This document shows positions 37,559-47,021 of a stretch of DNA of 64,000 nucleotides, piece by piece. Source of the DNA: an uncultured Gammaproteobacteria bacterium (GTDB lineage Bacteria; Patescibacteriota; Patescibacteriia; Patescibacteriales; GWC2-42-12); assembly GCA_964537265.1 (NCBI GenBank), contig CAZHZE010000002.1, forward strand, positions 100,861 through 164,860. The letters run 5' to 3'. The stretch's first letter is position 1; every line of letters starts with the position of its first letter. The notes under the pieces are model-generated. The model saw nothing but the letters and a program-made list of their open reading frames with translations. It had not been told where the DNA came from and did no database searches. A program made the position numbers and the translations under genes.

Positions 37559-39667
37559 ATGTTAGATTTAAATAGCGATACTACAAAGATCAACCGTATC
37601 GGTTCGGCTACGGCAAAAAAGTTAAAAAAATTGGGCATTGAAACCGTGCGTGATCTGCTTTTTTATTTTCCTTTTCGTTATGATGATTTTACTAAATTGA
37701 TCCCAATTAATAAATTGCAAGCCGGAACTAGCGCGAACGTTGTCGGACAAATTGAATTAATTCAAAATAAACGCAGTTGGAAAAAAAGAATGAATATTAC
37801 CGAGGCTTTAGTGAGCGATGGTACAGAAACTATAAAAGTCATTTGGTTTAATCAACCATTTATAGCTAAAAATTTGCGTATAGGCGATAAAGTTTCCTTA
37901 GCTGGGAAAGTGGACGATGATTACGGGGGATTAATAATGAATTCGCCGGTTTATGAAAAAATAACTTTCGGACAAGGCGTACATACTCAAGGCTTAGTTC
38001 CAAATTATCATTTAACCGCAAATTTAACCCATAAGCAGGTAAGATTTTTAATTAAGCAAATTATAAATTTGGCGGCTAAGATTATTGATTGGTTGCCTAA
38101 TGAAGTTAAAAAGTCGGTTAAATTAATTAGTTTAACCGAAGCCATTAAAAAAATTCATTTTCCCAAAAATGATTTAGATATAAAGAAGGCTCGTGAACGT
38201 TTAGCTTTTGATGAGCTTTTTTTAATTCAGTTGCAATCTCAATTAGCAAAAAAAAGTTTAAGCCAAAGCCGATCGCAAGTTATTGAATTTAAAGAAAAAG
38301 GGACTAAAGAGTTTGTTGATAGTCTGCCGTTTAAATTAACTGACTCTCAAAGGCAGGCGGCTTGGGAAGTTTTAAAAGATTTGGGGAATAATAAACCTAT
38401 GTCAAGGTTATTAGAAGGCGATGTAGGCAGTGGCAAGACTGTGGTGGCTATAATCGCTATGTTAAATGTGGCGTTAAATAAAAAACAAGCGGTTTTAATG
38501 GTACCAACTGAAATATTGGCTAAACAGCATTATGAAACTATCTGTAAATTTTTAAAAGATTTTAATTTACGAGTTGGTTTAGTAACAAGAAGCCAGAAAA
38601 TTACGAATTATGAATTACAAATTAAGAATAAAGGAGAAAATATATTTTTTAATTCAGATATTATAATCGGTACGCATGCTTTAATTCAAGAAGATGCTCG
38701 CCCTGTTAAATCTGGCGAAGCCAATGCGAAGCTATTTAACGGGGTAAAATTTAATAATTTGGCATTAGCGATTATAGACGAACAGCATCGTTTTGGTGTA
38801 GAGCAGAGAAAAAATATTTTGAAAAAAAGCGGAAATGATTTGGTGCCGCATTTTTTAAGCATGACGGCTACGCCTATTCCGAGAAGCTTAGCTTTAGCTT
38901 TATATGGCGATTTAGATTTATCTATAATTAATCAGATGCCGAAAGACAGAAAAAAAATTATTACTAAAGTCGTGGGCGAAAATCAGCGCGCTAAAGCTTA
39001 CGAGTTTATAAAGCAGCAGATAAAAATTGGGCGGCAAGTTTTTGTAATTTGTCCACTCATTGATTTATCCGATAGATTAGGCGTAAAGTCGGTTGAAGAG
39101 GAGTATAAAAAATTAGATAAAATAATTTTTCCGGATTTAACCATAGGAAAATTGCACGGCCGCATGAAAGCGGTTGAAAAAGAAAAAATAATGCAAGAAT
39201 TTTTAGAAAATAAAATAAAAATTTTAGTTTCTACGTCAGTGGTGGAGGTTGGCGTTGATGTGCCTAATGCTTCTGTTATGATGATTGAAGGCGCGGATCG
39301 TTTCGGTTTAGCGCAACTTCATCAATTCCGCGGACGAGTTGGTCGAAGTGCCGAGCAATCCTATTGTTTTCTTTTTTCCGATAGCGATAATGAAAAAACC
39401 TTAAAAAGATTAGAAGCTTTGGTAAAATATAATAACGGCTTTGAATTAGCTAAAATTGATTTAAAATTCAGAGGTCCGGGTGAAGTTTATGGAGTTGAAC
39501 AGAAGGGGTTTCCAGAATTAAAAATCGCTTCATTATTTGATTACGGCTTAATGAAACAAGCGCGAGAACAAGCTATAAAATTGCTAAATTTAGATGAAAA
39601 TTTAAATAATTGGCCAGCGTTAAAGGAACAATTAGGCGAGTGGGAGAAAATGATTCATTTAGAATAA
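37559..39667 (+). CDS. recG: ATP-dependent DNA helicase RecG
   Basis: It has the N-terminal wedge/OB region and the SF2 motifs (GDVGSGKT Walker A, DEQHRFG DEQH box, and a C-terminal HQFRGRVGRS motif VI-like block). Confidence 0.92.
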   Translation: MLDLNSDTTKINRIGSATAKKLKKLGIETVRDLLFYFPFRYDDFTKLIPINKLQAGTSANVVGQIELIQNKRSWKKRMNITEALVSDGTETIKVIWFNQPFIAKNLRIGDKVSLAGKVDDDYGGLIMNSPVYEKITFGQGVHTQGLVPNYHLTANLTHKQVRFLIKQIINLAAKIIDWLPNEVKKSVKLISLTEAIKKIHFPKNDLDIKKARERLAFDELFLIQLQSQLAKKSLSQSRSQVIEFKEKGTKEFVDSLPFKLTDSQRQAAWEVLKDLGNNKPMSRLLEGDVGSGKTVVAIIAMLNVALNKKQAVLMVPTEILAKQHYETICKFLKDFNLRVGLVTRSQKITNYELQIKNKGENIFFNSDIIIGTHALIQEDARPVKSGEANAKLFNGVKFNNLALAIIDEQHRFGVEQRKNILKKSGNDLVPHFLSMTATPIPRSLALALYGDLDLSIINQMPKDRKKIITKVVGENQRAKAYEFIKQQIKIGRQVFVICPLIDLSDRLGVKSVEEEYKKLDKIIFPDLTIGKLHGRMKAVEKEKIMQEFLENKIKILVSTSVVEVGVDVPNASVMMIEGADRFGLAQLHQFRGRVGRSAEQSYCFLFSDSDNEKTLKRLEALVKYNNGFELAKIDLKFRGPGEVYGVEQKGFPELKIASLFDYGLMKQAREQAIKLLNLDENLNNWPALKEQLGEWEKMIHLE
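38597..38631 (+). repeat. Five tandem 7-bp units (aaaatta cgaatta tgaatta caaatta agaataa) in-frame inside recG, encoding KITNYELQIKN
   Basis: Read directly. The block is 33/35 identical to the one in the uvrD-like gene and sits in the same codon phase. Confidence 0.8.
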
Positions 39668-39792
39668 TATTGACAGAAAAATGAAATTATGTTAATTTAA
39701 AAAGTTAAATAAATTAAAATAATAATTGAAAGGAGGGATGGAATTTTAGATCTTTACAATTTTTTTGTGTTAAAAAATAAATTTGAAAGGAA

Positions 39793-39975
39793 ATGAAAAA
39801 AATGAACGAAGGAAAAGAAGGCTTAGTTGTAAATACAGTTGATCAAGAAGGTGTAAGAATTATTTCCGGTGGCTGCCTTCTTGGAGTGGAAGATGGGACT
39901 ATAATGTCCCATGAAGATTTTGACAAATCGGTCCCGGCCGGCGTTACTTGTAGCTGGAATCCGCAGTTGAATTAA
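39793..39975 (+). CDS. Small ORF (60 aa) with an upstream purine-rich SD-like tract, within a GC-richer islet
   Basis: An AAAGGAAATG tract precedes the ATG. A further upstream AAAGGAGGG-ATG-gaa-ttt-tag mini-ORF lies at 39729-39750. Composition differs from flanking genes. No homology recognised. Confidence 0.35.
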   Translation: MKKMNEGKEGLVVNTVDQEGVRIISGGCLLGVEDGTIMSHEDFDKSVPAGVTCSWNPQLN

Positions 39976-40146
39976 AGTTTAAAGTGAAAATGAGCTGAAA
40001 GTGCCCTATTAGGGTCAATAAAGATTTTAGCTGATTTTCGTTTTTATCCGCTTCCATAGCTTTATGTGGTAAGCGGCGAGTCGGTGGCAGGGGTTAATGG
40101 GTGAAGCCGCCCCTGCCGCTGGCTTCAAAGATTCAGGAGGAAATAA
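39976..40146 (+). ncRNA. Candidate structured RNA / cis-regulatory leader between the two small ORFs
   Basis: Consecutive hairpins are visible: ccct-atta-aggg, then ccgcttcca-N10-tggtaagcgg, then ggcagggg-N16-cccctgcc. The last ends at an AGGAGG SD for the downstream ORF. No riboswitch class could be assigned by eye. Confidence 0.25.
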
Positions 40147-40548
40147 ATGGTTAATATCAATTATCACAAAAGACAGAGCAAAAAATACCCTAGTCCAGTT
40201 GAGCATAAATCAACGGTGAAAGCAAAAGGACCTGTTTGTCCGCTTTCGAATATTCGTTTGGGTATAAATGACCTTAGAGCCACAACTTTTCTGGTTAATG
40301 GCCAGGAAGTTATAGTAAACCACGACGCTTTTATTGAGCGTTGCCGGAAGTTTGGCTGGAAAATACCCAAGTTGTCGGTTAGTGATACATTGGATGCTGA
40401 CAATTTCGTTCTTAGCGTTGCCAAGCAGTTTGTAGATTTGGAAGCAGATTTAGAAACTCAGAAGCAACTGGAAAGTATCCGGATTTTTGCCGATCTGCTC
40501 GGCGTCAAGAATTTTACCTCGAAACTTCGCCGCGCTTGTCGAGTTTAA
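40147..40548 (+). CDS. Hypothetical protein (133 aa) with a strong AGGAGG SD
   Basis: An open frame with a canonical SD at -8 and a clean terminator downstream. It has GC-richer codon usage than its neighbours. Confidence 0.5.
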   Translation: MVNINYHKRQSKKYPSPVEHKSTVKAKGPVCPLSNIRLGINDLRATTFLVNGQEVIVNHDAFIERCRKFGWKIPKLSVSDTLDADNFVLSVAKQFVDLEADLETQKQLESIRIFADLLGVKNFTSKLRRACRV

Positions 40549-40570
40549 GACAGCAGCGCCGCGAAATTAT

Positions 40571-40609
40571 AAGGCCAACCTTTTTAAAGGCTGGCCTTCT
40601 TTTTATTTT
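40571..40609 (+). terminator. Rho-independent terminator (aaggccaacc-tttttaaa-ggctggcctt followed by a T-run)
   Basis: A 10-bp stem with one mismatch, followed by cttcttttttatttt. Confidence 0.6.
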
Positions 40610-40830
40610 AAAAATATTTTCCGCTCCGCTTAGGGCCGCTTTTTTAGAAAAAGCGGCGCAAAAATCGCTCGCAGAGAAAAATTTAGGAATTTATGCCAAT
40701 AATTTCTAATAAAATTTTCAACTCCCCAGCCGCTCGCGAGCGACTGGCTCAAACAAGAAAATTTTTTAAAGAAATTTTGCCATAAATTTTATCCTAAATT
40801 TTTCTAGGCTCGCATATTATAATAAATAAA

Positions 40831-40859
40831 AACTATCAGTCTGTGCTGGTAGTTTTTTT
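40831..40859. terminator. Hairpin ctatcag-tctgtg-ctggtag with A-run upstream and T-run downstream; bidirectional terminator candidate 50 nt beyond the radA stop
   Basis: Read directly. Additional strong hairpins lie in the same spacer at 40640-40662 (gccgcttttt-taga-aaaaagcggc) and about 40725-40750. Confidence 0.45.
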
Positions 40860-40907
40860 ATATAAAGATTAGATTATTTGTAAATTTTTATAGGTAATTA
40901 AAATATT

Positions 40908-42275
40908 TTATTTCGTAAAATATTTTATAATCTCGCTTAGATTTTTTATCTTAGTTATTTTTATTTTTTTAGAATTGTAGTCGTTAGCCGGGGTAATGGC
41001 TTTTGTGAAACCTAATTTTTCCGCTTCATTTAATCTTTGTTCAAGGCGGCTAATTTGCCTAATTTCTCCGCCTAATCCGACTTCGCCTAGTATTATAGTT
41101 TTATTGCCTATAACTTGGTTTAAAAGTGAGGAAGTAATAGCTAAACAAACCGCTAAGTCCAGCGCCGGATCGCTAATATGCAGGCCGCCAACCACATTTA
41201 AAATTACATCCTGGTTAGTTAAATTTAAATTAGCGCGTTTAGTTAAAACCGCGATTAAAACTTGCAAGCGGTTTAAATCAAAACCCGAAGCTTTTCTCTG
41301 CGGATAGCCGAAGACTGTTTTAGTTACTAAAGCCTGGACCTCAATTAAAAATGGGCGCGTGCCTTCTATAATGCAACTTATTACCGAGCCGGTGAAACTT
41401 TGGTTTTGCTCTATAAAAATTGATGAAGGATTGATTATTTCTTTAAAGCCAGTTGCGGTCATTTCGAAAATTCCTATTTCATTAATTGAGCCGAAACGAT
41501 TTTTAGCTGCGCGTAAAATTCTATAGCCATGCCCGGTTTCAGTTTCTAAATATAAAACAGTATCAACAATATGCTCTAATGATTTTGGTCCGGCCAATGA
41601 TCCGTCTTTAGTAATATGCCCAATTAATATAATAGCTATATTGTTGGCTTTGGCTGCTTCTAAAAAATTAACCGCTGAACCGCGAATTTGATTTATATTG
41701 CCGGCCTCGCCAGCTACGGCCGAGGAATAAATAGTTTGGATAGAATCAATTATAGCTAAAACTGGCTTAATATTTTTTATGGTAGCAACAATTTTTTCCG
41801 CGTTGGTTTCATTTAAAAATTTTATTTTATCAGTTTTAATATTTAATCGATCAAATCTGGATTTTATTTGGTTGGCTGATTCTTCGCCGCTAGTATAAAT
41901 TATTTGTCCATTTTTACTGATGGCATTAGCTATTTGCGCCACCAAAGTTGATTTACCAATGCCCGGTTCGCCGCCCAATAAAATAACAGAGCCGGGCATA
42001 ATACCTGCTTCGCCGTTGGGCGTAGCCCCGCCCAAAACTCTGTCTAATTCTTTTATATTAGTAGCTAAACGTTTATCTTCTGTTCTATTTTTAATTTTTT
42101 GTAAATCAATTATTTGCGCTGGATTAATATCGGCCATTTTATCATTTGTTTTTTGATCAACTGTTTGCATTTGTAAAGTTCCCCAGCCGCCACATTCTAA
42201 ACAACGCCCACTCCATTTAGGGAATTGGGCGTCGCAAGCTGAACAGACATAAATTGTTTGAACTTTATTTGGCAT
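40908..42275 (-). CDS. radA: DNA repair protein RadA/Sms
   Basis: It has the N-terminal C4 zinc finger (CSACDAQFPKWSGRCLECGGWGT), the RecA-like Walker A (GGEPGIGKST), the KNRFG motif and a Lon-like C-terminal domain. Confidence 0.95.
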   Translation of the reverse strand: MPNKVQTIYVCSACDAQFPKWSGRCLECGGWGTLQMQTVDQKTNDKMADINPAQIIDLQKIKNRTEDKRLATNIKELDRVLGGATPNGEAGIMPGSVILLGGEPGIGKSTLVAQIANAISKNGQIIYTSGEESANQIKSRFDRLNIKTDKIKFLNETNAEKIVATIKNIKPVLAIIDSIQTIYSSAVAGEAGNINQIRGSAVNFLEAAKANNIAIILIGHITKDGSLAGPKSLEHIVDTVLYLETETGHGYRILRAAKNRFGSINEIGIFEMTATGFKEIINPSSIFIEQNQSFTGSVISCIIEGTRPFLIEVQALVTKTVFGYPQRKASGFDLNRLQVLIAVLTKRANLNLTNQDVILNVVGGLHISDPALDLAVCLAITSSLLNQVIGNKTIILGEVGLGGEIRQISRLEQRLNEAEKLGFTKAITPANDYNSKKIKITKIKNLSEIIKYFTK

Positions 42276-42281
42276 GCAAAA

Positions 42282-43529
42282 TTATTTCAGTTTTATTTTG
42301 TTTATTTTTCCGGTATTTGAATCTGTAAAATATAAATAATAGCCATTATCTGAAACAATTAAATTAGACATATTATAATCTCCGTTAGGTACAGCTATCA
42401 ATTTTTTTAGACCGGTTTTTGTATCAATTTTATATAAATTATCTTTAGTATTTTTAGCCAAGTCTGGCATTAAGCCAGCGCCTTCTTCAAGGCTTTCGGG
42501 AACAGCGCAATAAATTTCTGTATTGGAGGAAAAAACGCATTTGTCCGCCCAAGTTTGCATATTTAATTTATTTCTGCCAGTGCCGATACTTTCACCTTGA
42601 GCGTTAGCTATCCAAAGCTCAGGCTTTAAATCACTATTACTCGAATAAACGCTATAAAGCAGCGTATTGCCCTGTGGTGACCATTTAGGCTGAAAACCAC
42701 GCCCTTCAATCGTTAAAGCTTTAAAATTTTCATTATTCAAGCCGACAAAATAAACTTTTTGTTGGTCATAACTTATTCCTTCAGTATACATAGCGACCGT
42801 TTGGTTATTAGGAGACCAGGAAGGATAAACTGTATCATCTTTATCTCCTAAAGCAGCTATTTTTTTTGCCGAAGTGCCGTCTTCACTAGTGATAGCCAGC
42901 CAGCGATTGTCAGCGCTATCAGCCATGCTTTTAAAGACAATTTTTGAACCGTCATTAGAAAAATCAAAATCTTCCCAATGTTTAGGCAGGCTGATTTGCT
43001 CTTTTTTATCAAAGTCGTAAATTATTTTTGACTGATCGGGGTATTCTAAAATAGCTTTGTTTTTTTCTGGCGACCAAGTAATTTCTTCTACATTATAAAA
43101 AACTTTATCAGTAATTAAGGTGGTTTGTCCGTCTTTATTTATACGATAAAATTTTCCATCCTGTTTGTTATAATATTGTAAATCATTGCCATTAGAGGAA
43201 AGGGTGGCGGCTAATGTTGGCTCTTTGTTTAATTCGGTTGTTTGGGTTAATCCTCCTACAGCAGTAGCATTACCTGGGTTTGTTATTGATGCTTCGCCCT
43301 CAGGTAAACCTTGGGATATTTGACCAGAGGTAGCAGTTTGGCTTGTACCTTGCTGAGCCACTGGCAAACCGCCCTGAGTGCTAGTTGCGGTTGGCTGCTC
43401 TTGATTTGGTTTAGTAGGTTCTAAGCTGGGTTTTAAAAAAAGCGCGTAAAGTAAATATCCTAAAATAATAATAATTAAAATAAAGCCGAAAATAATAAAA
43501 ATTTTTTTGTATTTTATTAGGAATTCCAT
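42282..43529 (-). CDS. TolB-like PD40 beta-propeller protein, N-terminally anchored
   Basis: An N-terminal TM segment and a low-complexity T/Q/G-rich linker are followed by repeated WSP(D/N/Q)G-type PD40 blades. Confidence 0.6.
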   Translation of the reverse strand: MEFLIKYKKIFIIFGFILIIIILGYLLYALFLKPSLEPTKPNQEQPTATSTQGGLPVAQQGTSQTATSGQISQGLPEGEASITNPGNATAVGGLTQTTELNKEPTLAATLSSNGNDLQYYNKQDGKFYRINKDGQTTLITDKVFYNVEEITWSPEKNKAILEYPDQSKIIYDFDKKEQISLPKHWEDFDFSNDGSKIVFKSMADSADNRWLAITSEDGTSAKKIAALGDKDDTVYPSWSPNNQTVAMYTEGISYDQQKVYFVGLNNENFKALTIEGRGFQPKWSPQGNTLLYSVYSSNSDLKPELWIANAQGESIGTGRNKLNMQTWADKCVFSSNTEIYCAVPESLEEGAGLMPDLAKNTKDNLYKIDTKTGLKKLIAVPNGDYNMSNLIVSDNGYYLYFTDSNTGKINKIKLK

Positions 43530-43676
43530 GAATTTATATATTTTTGTTAAATTAGAATTTTATGTTATAATAACAACAGAAATTCATTTAACCAAATCTT
43601 TGATTAATAAGGGTTATTATTGTATAATTATATAATATAATAGGTCTAGTGTCAAAACATAATTTTATTTTATTTT

Positions 43677-44711
43677 ATGAGTTTATTTTTATCTAATGAA
43701 AGTTATTTGGGCATAGATATAGGAAGTTCAAGCATAAAAATTATTGAGTTGAAAAAACAGGGCGGCAGAGCCATGCTTTCTACTTATGGTTTTAGTGAAA
43801 ACCTTGACGATTTAGATCAAGCCAGCCCGGAAAAAATAGCTGTTATTATTAATAAAATTTGTGCTGATGCAAACATGACTAGCCGCAAGGCAGTTTCAGC
43901 TTTGCCCACTTTTTCTGTTTTTTCTTCTATTATAAATTTATCAGGTGTTAGCAAAAAAGATTTGCCGTCGGCTATTAATTGGGAAGCTAAAAAAGTTATT
44001 CCTTTGCCTCCTGAAGAAATGATTTTGGACTGGAAAAAAATTGAAACTTCAGGGCAAGCTTCGGATAAAAATAATATAAAAGTTTTATTAACCGGTGCTC
44101 CGCGGAGTTTGGTTAAAAGATATGTTGATATTTTTAAAAGCGCTCAAATTAATTTATTAAGTTTAGAAACAGAAACATTTGCTTTAATTAGGTCTCTTTT
44201 GGGTAGTGATAAATCAACTGTTATGATAGTGGAAATTGGGGCTAAAACCACTAGTTTTGCGATTATTGATCAAAGCATCCCAACTTTAAACAGAAGTATA
44301 GACGTCGGCGGTTGGACAATTACTCAAGCTATTAGCCACAGCCTTAATATTGGCTTAGAAAGAGCGGAACAATTTAAATATGATTTAGGAGTAAGTTCTT
44401 ATGACTCACCCAATAATGCCATACCTAAAACTATTATTGAAAGTCTTTCGCCGATAGTTAATGAAATGAAGTATGCTTTAAATTTATTCCAAAGTAAAAA
44501 TAATAAAAAAGTTGATAAAATTATTTTGACCGGCGGTTCAGCTTTGCTTATGAATTTTACAGAATATTTAACAAAAATTTTAGATATTACGGTTGTAGCT
44601 GGCAACCCCTGGACGCCTGTTTCTTACCCGTTAGACTTAAAACCTCTTTTAGATGAGATTGCTCCTCGCATGGCCATTTCTATCGGGCTAGCCCTTAGAG
44701 AAATAGAATAA
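43677..44711 (+). CDS. pilM: Type IV pilus assembly protein PilM (actin-like ATPase fold)
   Basis: The start matches the PilM N-terminus (LGIDIGSSSIKIIELKK). It is 344 aa and lies immediately upstream of pilN/pilO-like genes. Confidence 0.85.
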   Translation: MSLFLSNESYLGIDIGSSSIKIIELKKQGGRAMLSTYGFSENLDDLDQASPEKIAVIINKICADANMTSRKAVSALPTFSVFSSIINLSGVSKKDLPSAINWEAKKVIPLPPEEMILDWKKIETSGQASDKNNIKVLLTGAPRSLVKRYVDIFKSAQINLLSLETETFALIRSLLGSDKSTVMIVEIGAKTTSFAIIDQSIPTLNRSIDVGGWTITQAISHSLNIGLERAEQFKYDLGVSSYDSPNNAIPKTIIESLSPIVNEMKYALNLFQSKNNKKVDKIILTGGSALLMNFTEYLTKILDITVVAGNPWTPVSYPLDLKPLLDEIAPRMAISIGLALREIE

Positions 44712-44724
44712 TATATTTAATATT

Positions 44725-45978
44725 ATGTCCGATATTAATTTTTTGGATAATAAAAAAAATAACCAAGATCAAAAATCCAAAGAACAAAAAGAGGAATTAG
44801 CTTGGTCTAAACCGCAAAAAGAGATTAAAAATCCTAAAAAATCTCCTTTTTCTTTTTTTTCATCTTTAAATAAAAAATCAGTTGATAAAGATTCCAAGCC
44901 AGAAATTAATAAAAATAAAATTAAACAATCTCGCGCAGAAATTTTGAATTTAATTAAGCGCCACGAATATTCTCAACCCCCGATAAAAAATAATAATAAA
45001 AGTTTTTTATCAAATTTGAGTCATAAATTTAAGGGGCAGCCGGCGCCCAAGGATATTTTGATTGATTATCAAAAAATTTTTAATCAGGAGAAAGAACATA
45101 AAAAAAATATCGGCCAGTTTTATTCTGAGCCGGAAGTTGATAATAAACCAATGGTTAAAACAAAACAAAAACCAGCGAAAAATTGGTTTAATTTTAAAAA
45201 CTTTTTTATTAATAAACAAAAAGTTTCTCCATCTATTGAAGAGGCAAAAATTGAAAAAGTTGAATTATCTGAAGTTAAAGAAGCTAACCCCCCGGTTGTT
45301 TTAGAAAAAGAAAAAGTTGCTAAACAAGAAGAAAAACAGACAGAAATTAATAAAGAAGAAGAAATTAAAAAGAAAGAAGAATGGGATAATAGCCAATACG
45401 AGCAAATCAGGCAGCAAGTCTTAGAAACGAACTTAATTAAAGGAGAAATTATAACTTTTTTTGATTGGCATTCTAAAATTGGCATTGTGGCAAGCGCTTT
45501 TTTAATACCAATTTTTGTTATCGGAGCTTCTTATTATGGTTTGGCTTTATATCAAAAAAGTAACGAAGCTAAAAATGCTGAACAAATGCAAAAATTTTTA
45601 GAAGTTGAGCAAGAAATTGCCAAAGAAGAAGTTGATTTAAAAGAAATATCGGATTTTCAGGCTAAATTAAAAGTAATTTCTAAAGTTTTTTCTCAGCATA
45701 TTTACTGGACTAACTTTTTTAAATTTTTAGAAGATAATACCATTAAAGATGTTTATTTTGTAAATTTTGAAGGCGATACTAGCGGCAATTATAAATTAGA
45801 CAGTTTGGCGACTAAATATAGCAGCATCCCCGAGCAAATTAATACTTTTAAAAATAATAAAAAAATAAATAATGTTTTAGCTGAAGGCGGAGAGATGGTT
45901 GCCGGCAATGAAAAAAATAAAACTTTAGTAAAATTTATTTTAAATTTTTCTGTTTCTAAAGATATTTTTACCGAATAA
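44725..45978 (+). CDS. pilN: PilN-like pilus assembly protein with a long Lys/Glu-rich cytoplasmic insertion
   Basis: It has the N-terminal INFLD motif (the PilN INLLP variant) and a single TM helix at about residue 250 (IVASAFLIPIFVIGASYYGL). It is followed by a periplasmic domain of about 150 aa and is contiguous with pilM. Confidence 0.6.
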   Translation: MSDINFLDNKKNNQDQKSKEQKEELAWSKPQKEIKNPKKSPFSFFSSLNKKSVDKDSKPEINKNKIKQSRAEILNLIKRHEYSQPPIKNNNKSFLSNLSHKFKGQPAPKDILIDYQKIFNQEKEHKKNIGQFYSEPEVDNKPMVKTKQKPAKNWFNFKNFFINKQKVSPSIEEAKIEKVELSEVKEANPPVVLEKEKVAKQEEKQTEINKEEEIKKKEEWDNSQYEQIRQQVLETNLIKGEIITFFDWHSKIGIVASAFLIPIFVIGASYYGLALYQKSNEAKNAEQMQKFLEVEQEIAKEEVDLKEISDFQAKLKVISKVFSQHIYWTNFFKFLEDNTIKDVYFVNFEGDTSGNYKLDSLATKYSSIPEQINTFKNNKKINNVLAEGGEMVAGNEKNKTLVKFILNFSVSKDIFTE

Positions 45979-45980
45979 CT

Positions 45981-46652
45981 ATGGATAAAAAAATACTAAA
46001 CAATATTGGAGAAAAGAATAAGCAGGTTAATTTATTAAAAGTAAAAATTAATAAATTTTTAATAGAATATTTTAATTATATAATTTTTTCTTTTAGTATT
46101 ATTATTTTAATAATTGGTTTATTTATTTTTATTTATCCTAAATATAAGAAGATTTATGAAGAAAATGAACGGATAAAAAATAATATGCAGGTTGAATATG
46201 AAAAAAAAATTAATTATTTAAATTCTATTCAACAACTAAAAACAATATATCAGTCAATTAGTGAAAATGATAAAAATAAAATTTCTATAATGTTGCCGAC
46301 CTCGAAAGATTCTAGTATTATAATCGCGGAAATAGAATCGATAATAACTAAAAATAGCGCTATTTTAAATTCCATAAAAGTTGAGACGCAAGCTACCGGC
46401 GCAAGATCTAATTATAGAGCTCAAACCAGTGAAGATAAAATATCTTTAGCTGGAATTTTTAGCAATCCGCCCCAAGAAATAGGGTTAATTAAAATTGAAA
46501 TTAAGTTAAGCTCTGTTGATTATCAAATTTTAAAAAATATCATTAAAACCTTTGAAAATAATTTAAGGCTTTTTGATATATCAAAAGTAAGTTTTAATGT
46601 TGGCAAAAGCGAAGCAGTTTTAAATATTTATACCTATTATTTACAGCAATAA
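45981..46652 (+). CDS. pilO: PilO-like pilus assembly protein
   Basis: Its N-terminal TM helix, coiled-coil segment, size (223 aa) and position after pilN fit PilO. Confidence 0.55.
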   Translation: MDKKILNNIGEKNKQVNLLKVKINKFLIEYFNYIIFSFSIIILIIGLFIFIYPKYKKIYEENERIKNNMQVEYEKKINYLNSIQQLKTIYQSISENDKNKISIMLPTSKDSSIIIAEIESIITKNSAILNSIKVETQATGARSNYRAQTSEDKISLAGIFSNPPQEIGLIKIEIKLSSVDYQILKNIIKTFENNLRLFDISKVSFNVGKSEAVLNIYTYYLQQ

Positions 46653-46656
46653 ATTT

Positions 46657-47019
46657 ATGCTAGCTCTAAAGAAAATATCTACAAAAAAATTGGCAATTTA
46701 TTTTTTTATTATTTTTTTTATGATTTGCGGTTCGATTTTTATGTTATACCAAAACAAAAAATTAACTGCTTATAAAGTTACAACTATTAATGCTCCGACT
46801 TTGCTTAATAATCAAGCTAAGGTTGGCAATTCAGCAACCTCTAGTTTAATAACGGTTAATAAAACAGCTAGCACTACTAATCAAAATATTAATTTTAATA
46901 ATAGTGATTTTGATTTAAGCATTTTTTCTACAAACAAATTTAAAAACTTACAAGAAACTCAATTTATTATAAAAAGTCAGCCCGAGACGGGTAAAAGAGA
47001 TCCTTTTAAACCAAATTAA
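46657..47019 (+). CDS. Small N-terminally anchored protein in the PilP position, hypothetical
   Basis: The 120-aa protein has a signal-anchor and a Thr/Asn-rich body. It lies between pilO and pilB. Confidence 0.4.
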   Translation: MLALKKISTKKLAIYFFIIFFMICGSIFMLYQNKKLTAYKVTTINAPTLLNNQAKVGNSATSSLITVNKTASTTNQNINFNNSDFDLSIFSTNKFKNLQETQFIIKSQPETGKRDPFKPN

Positions 47020-47021
47020 TT

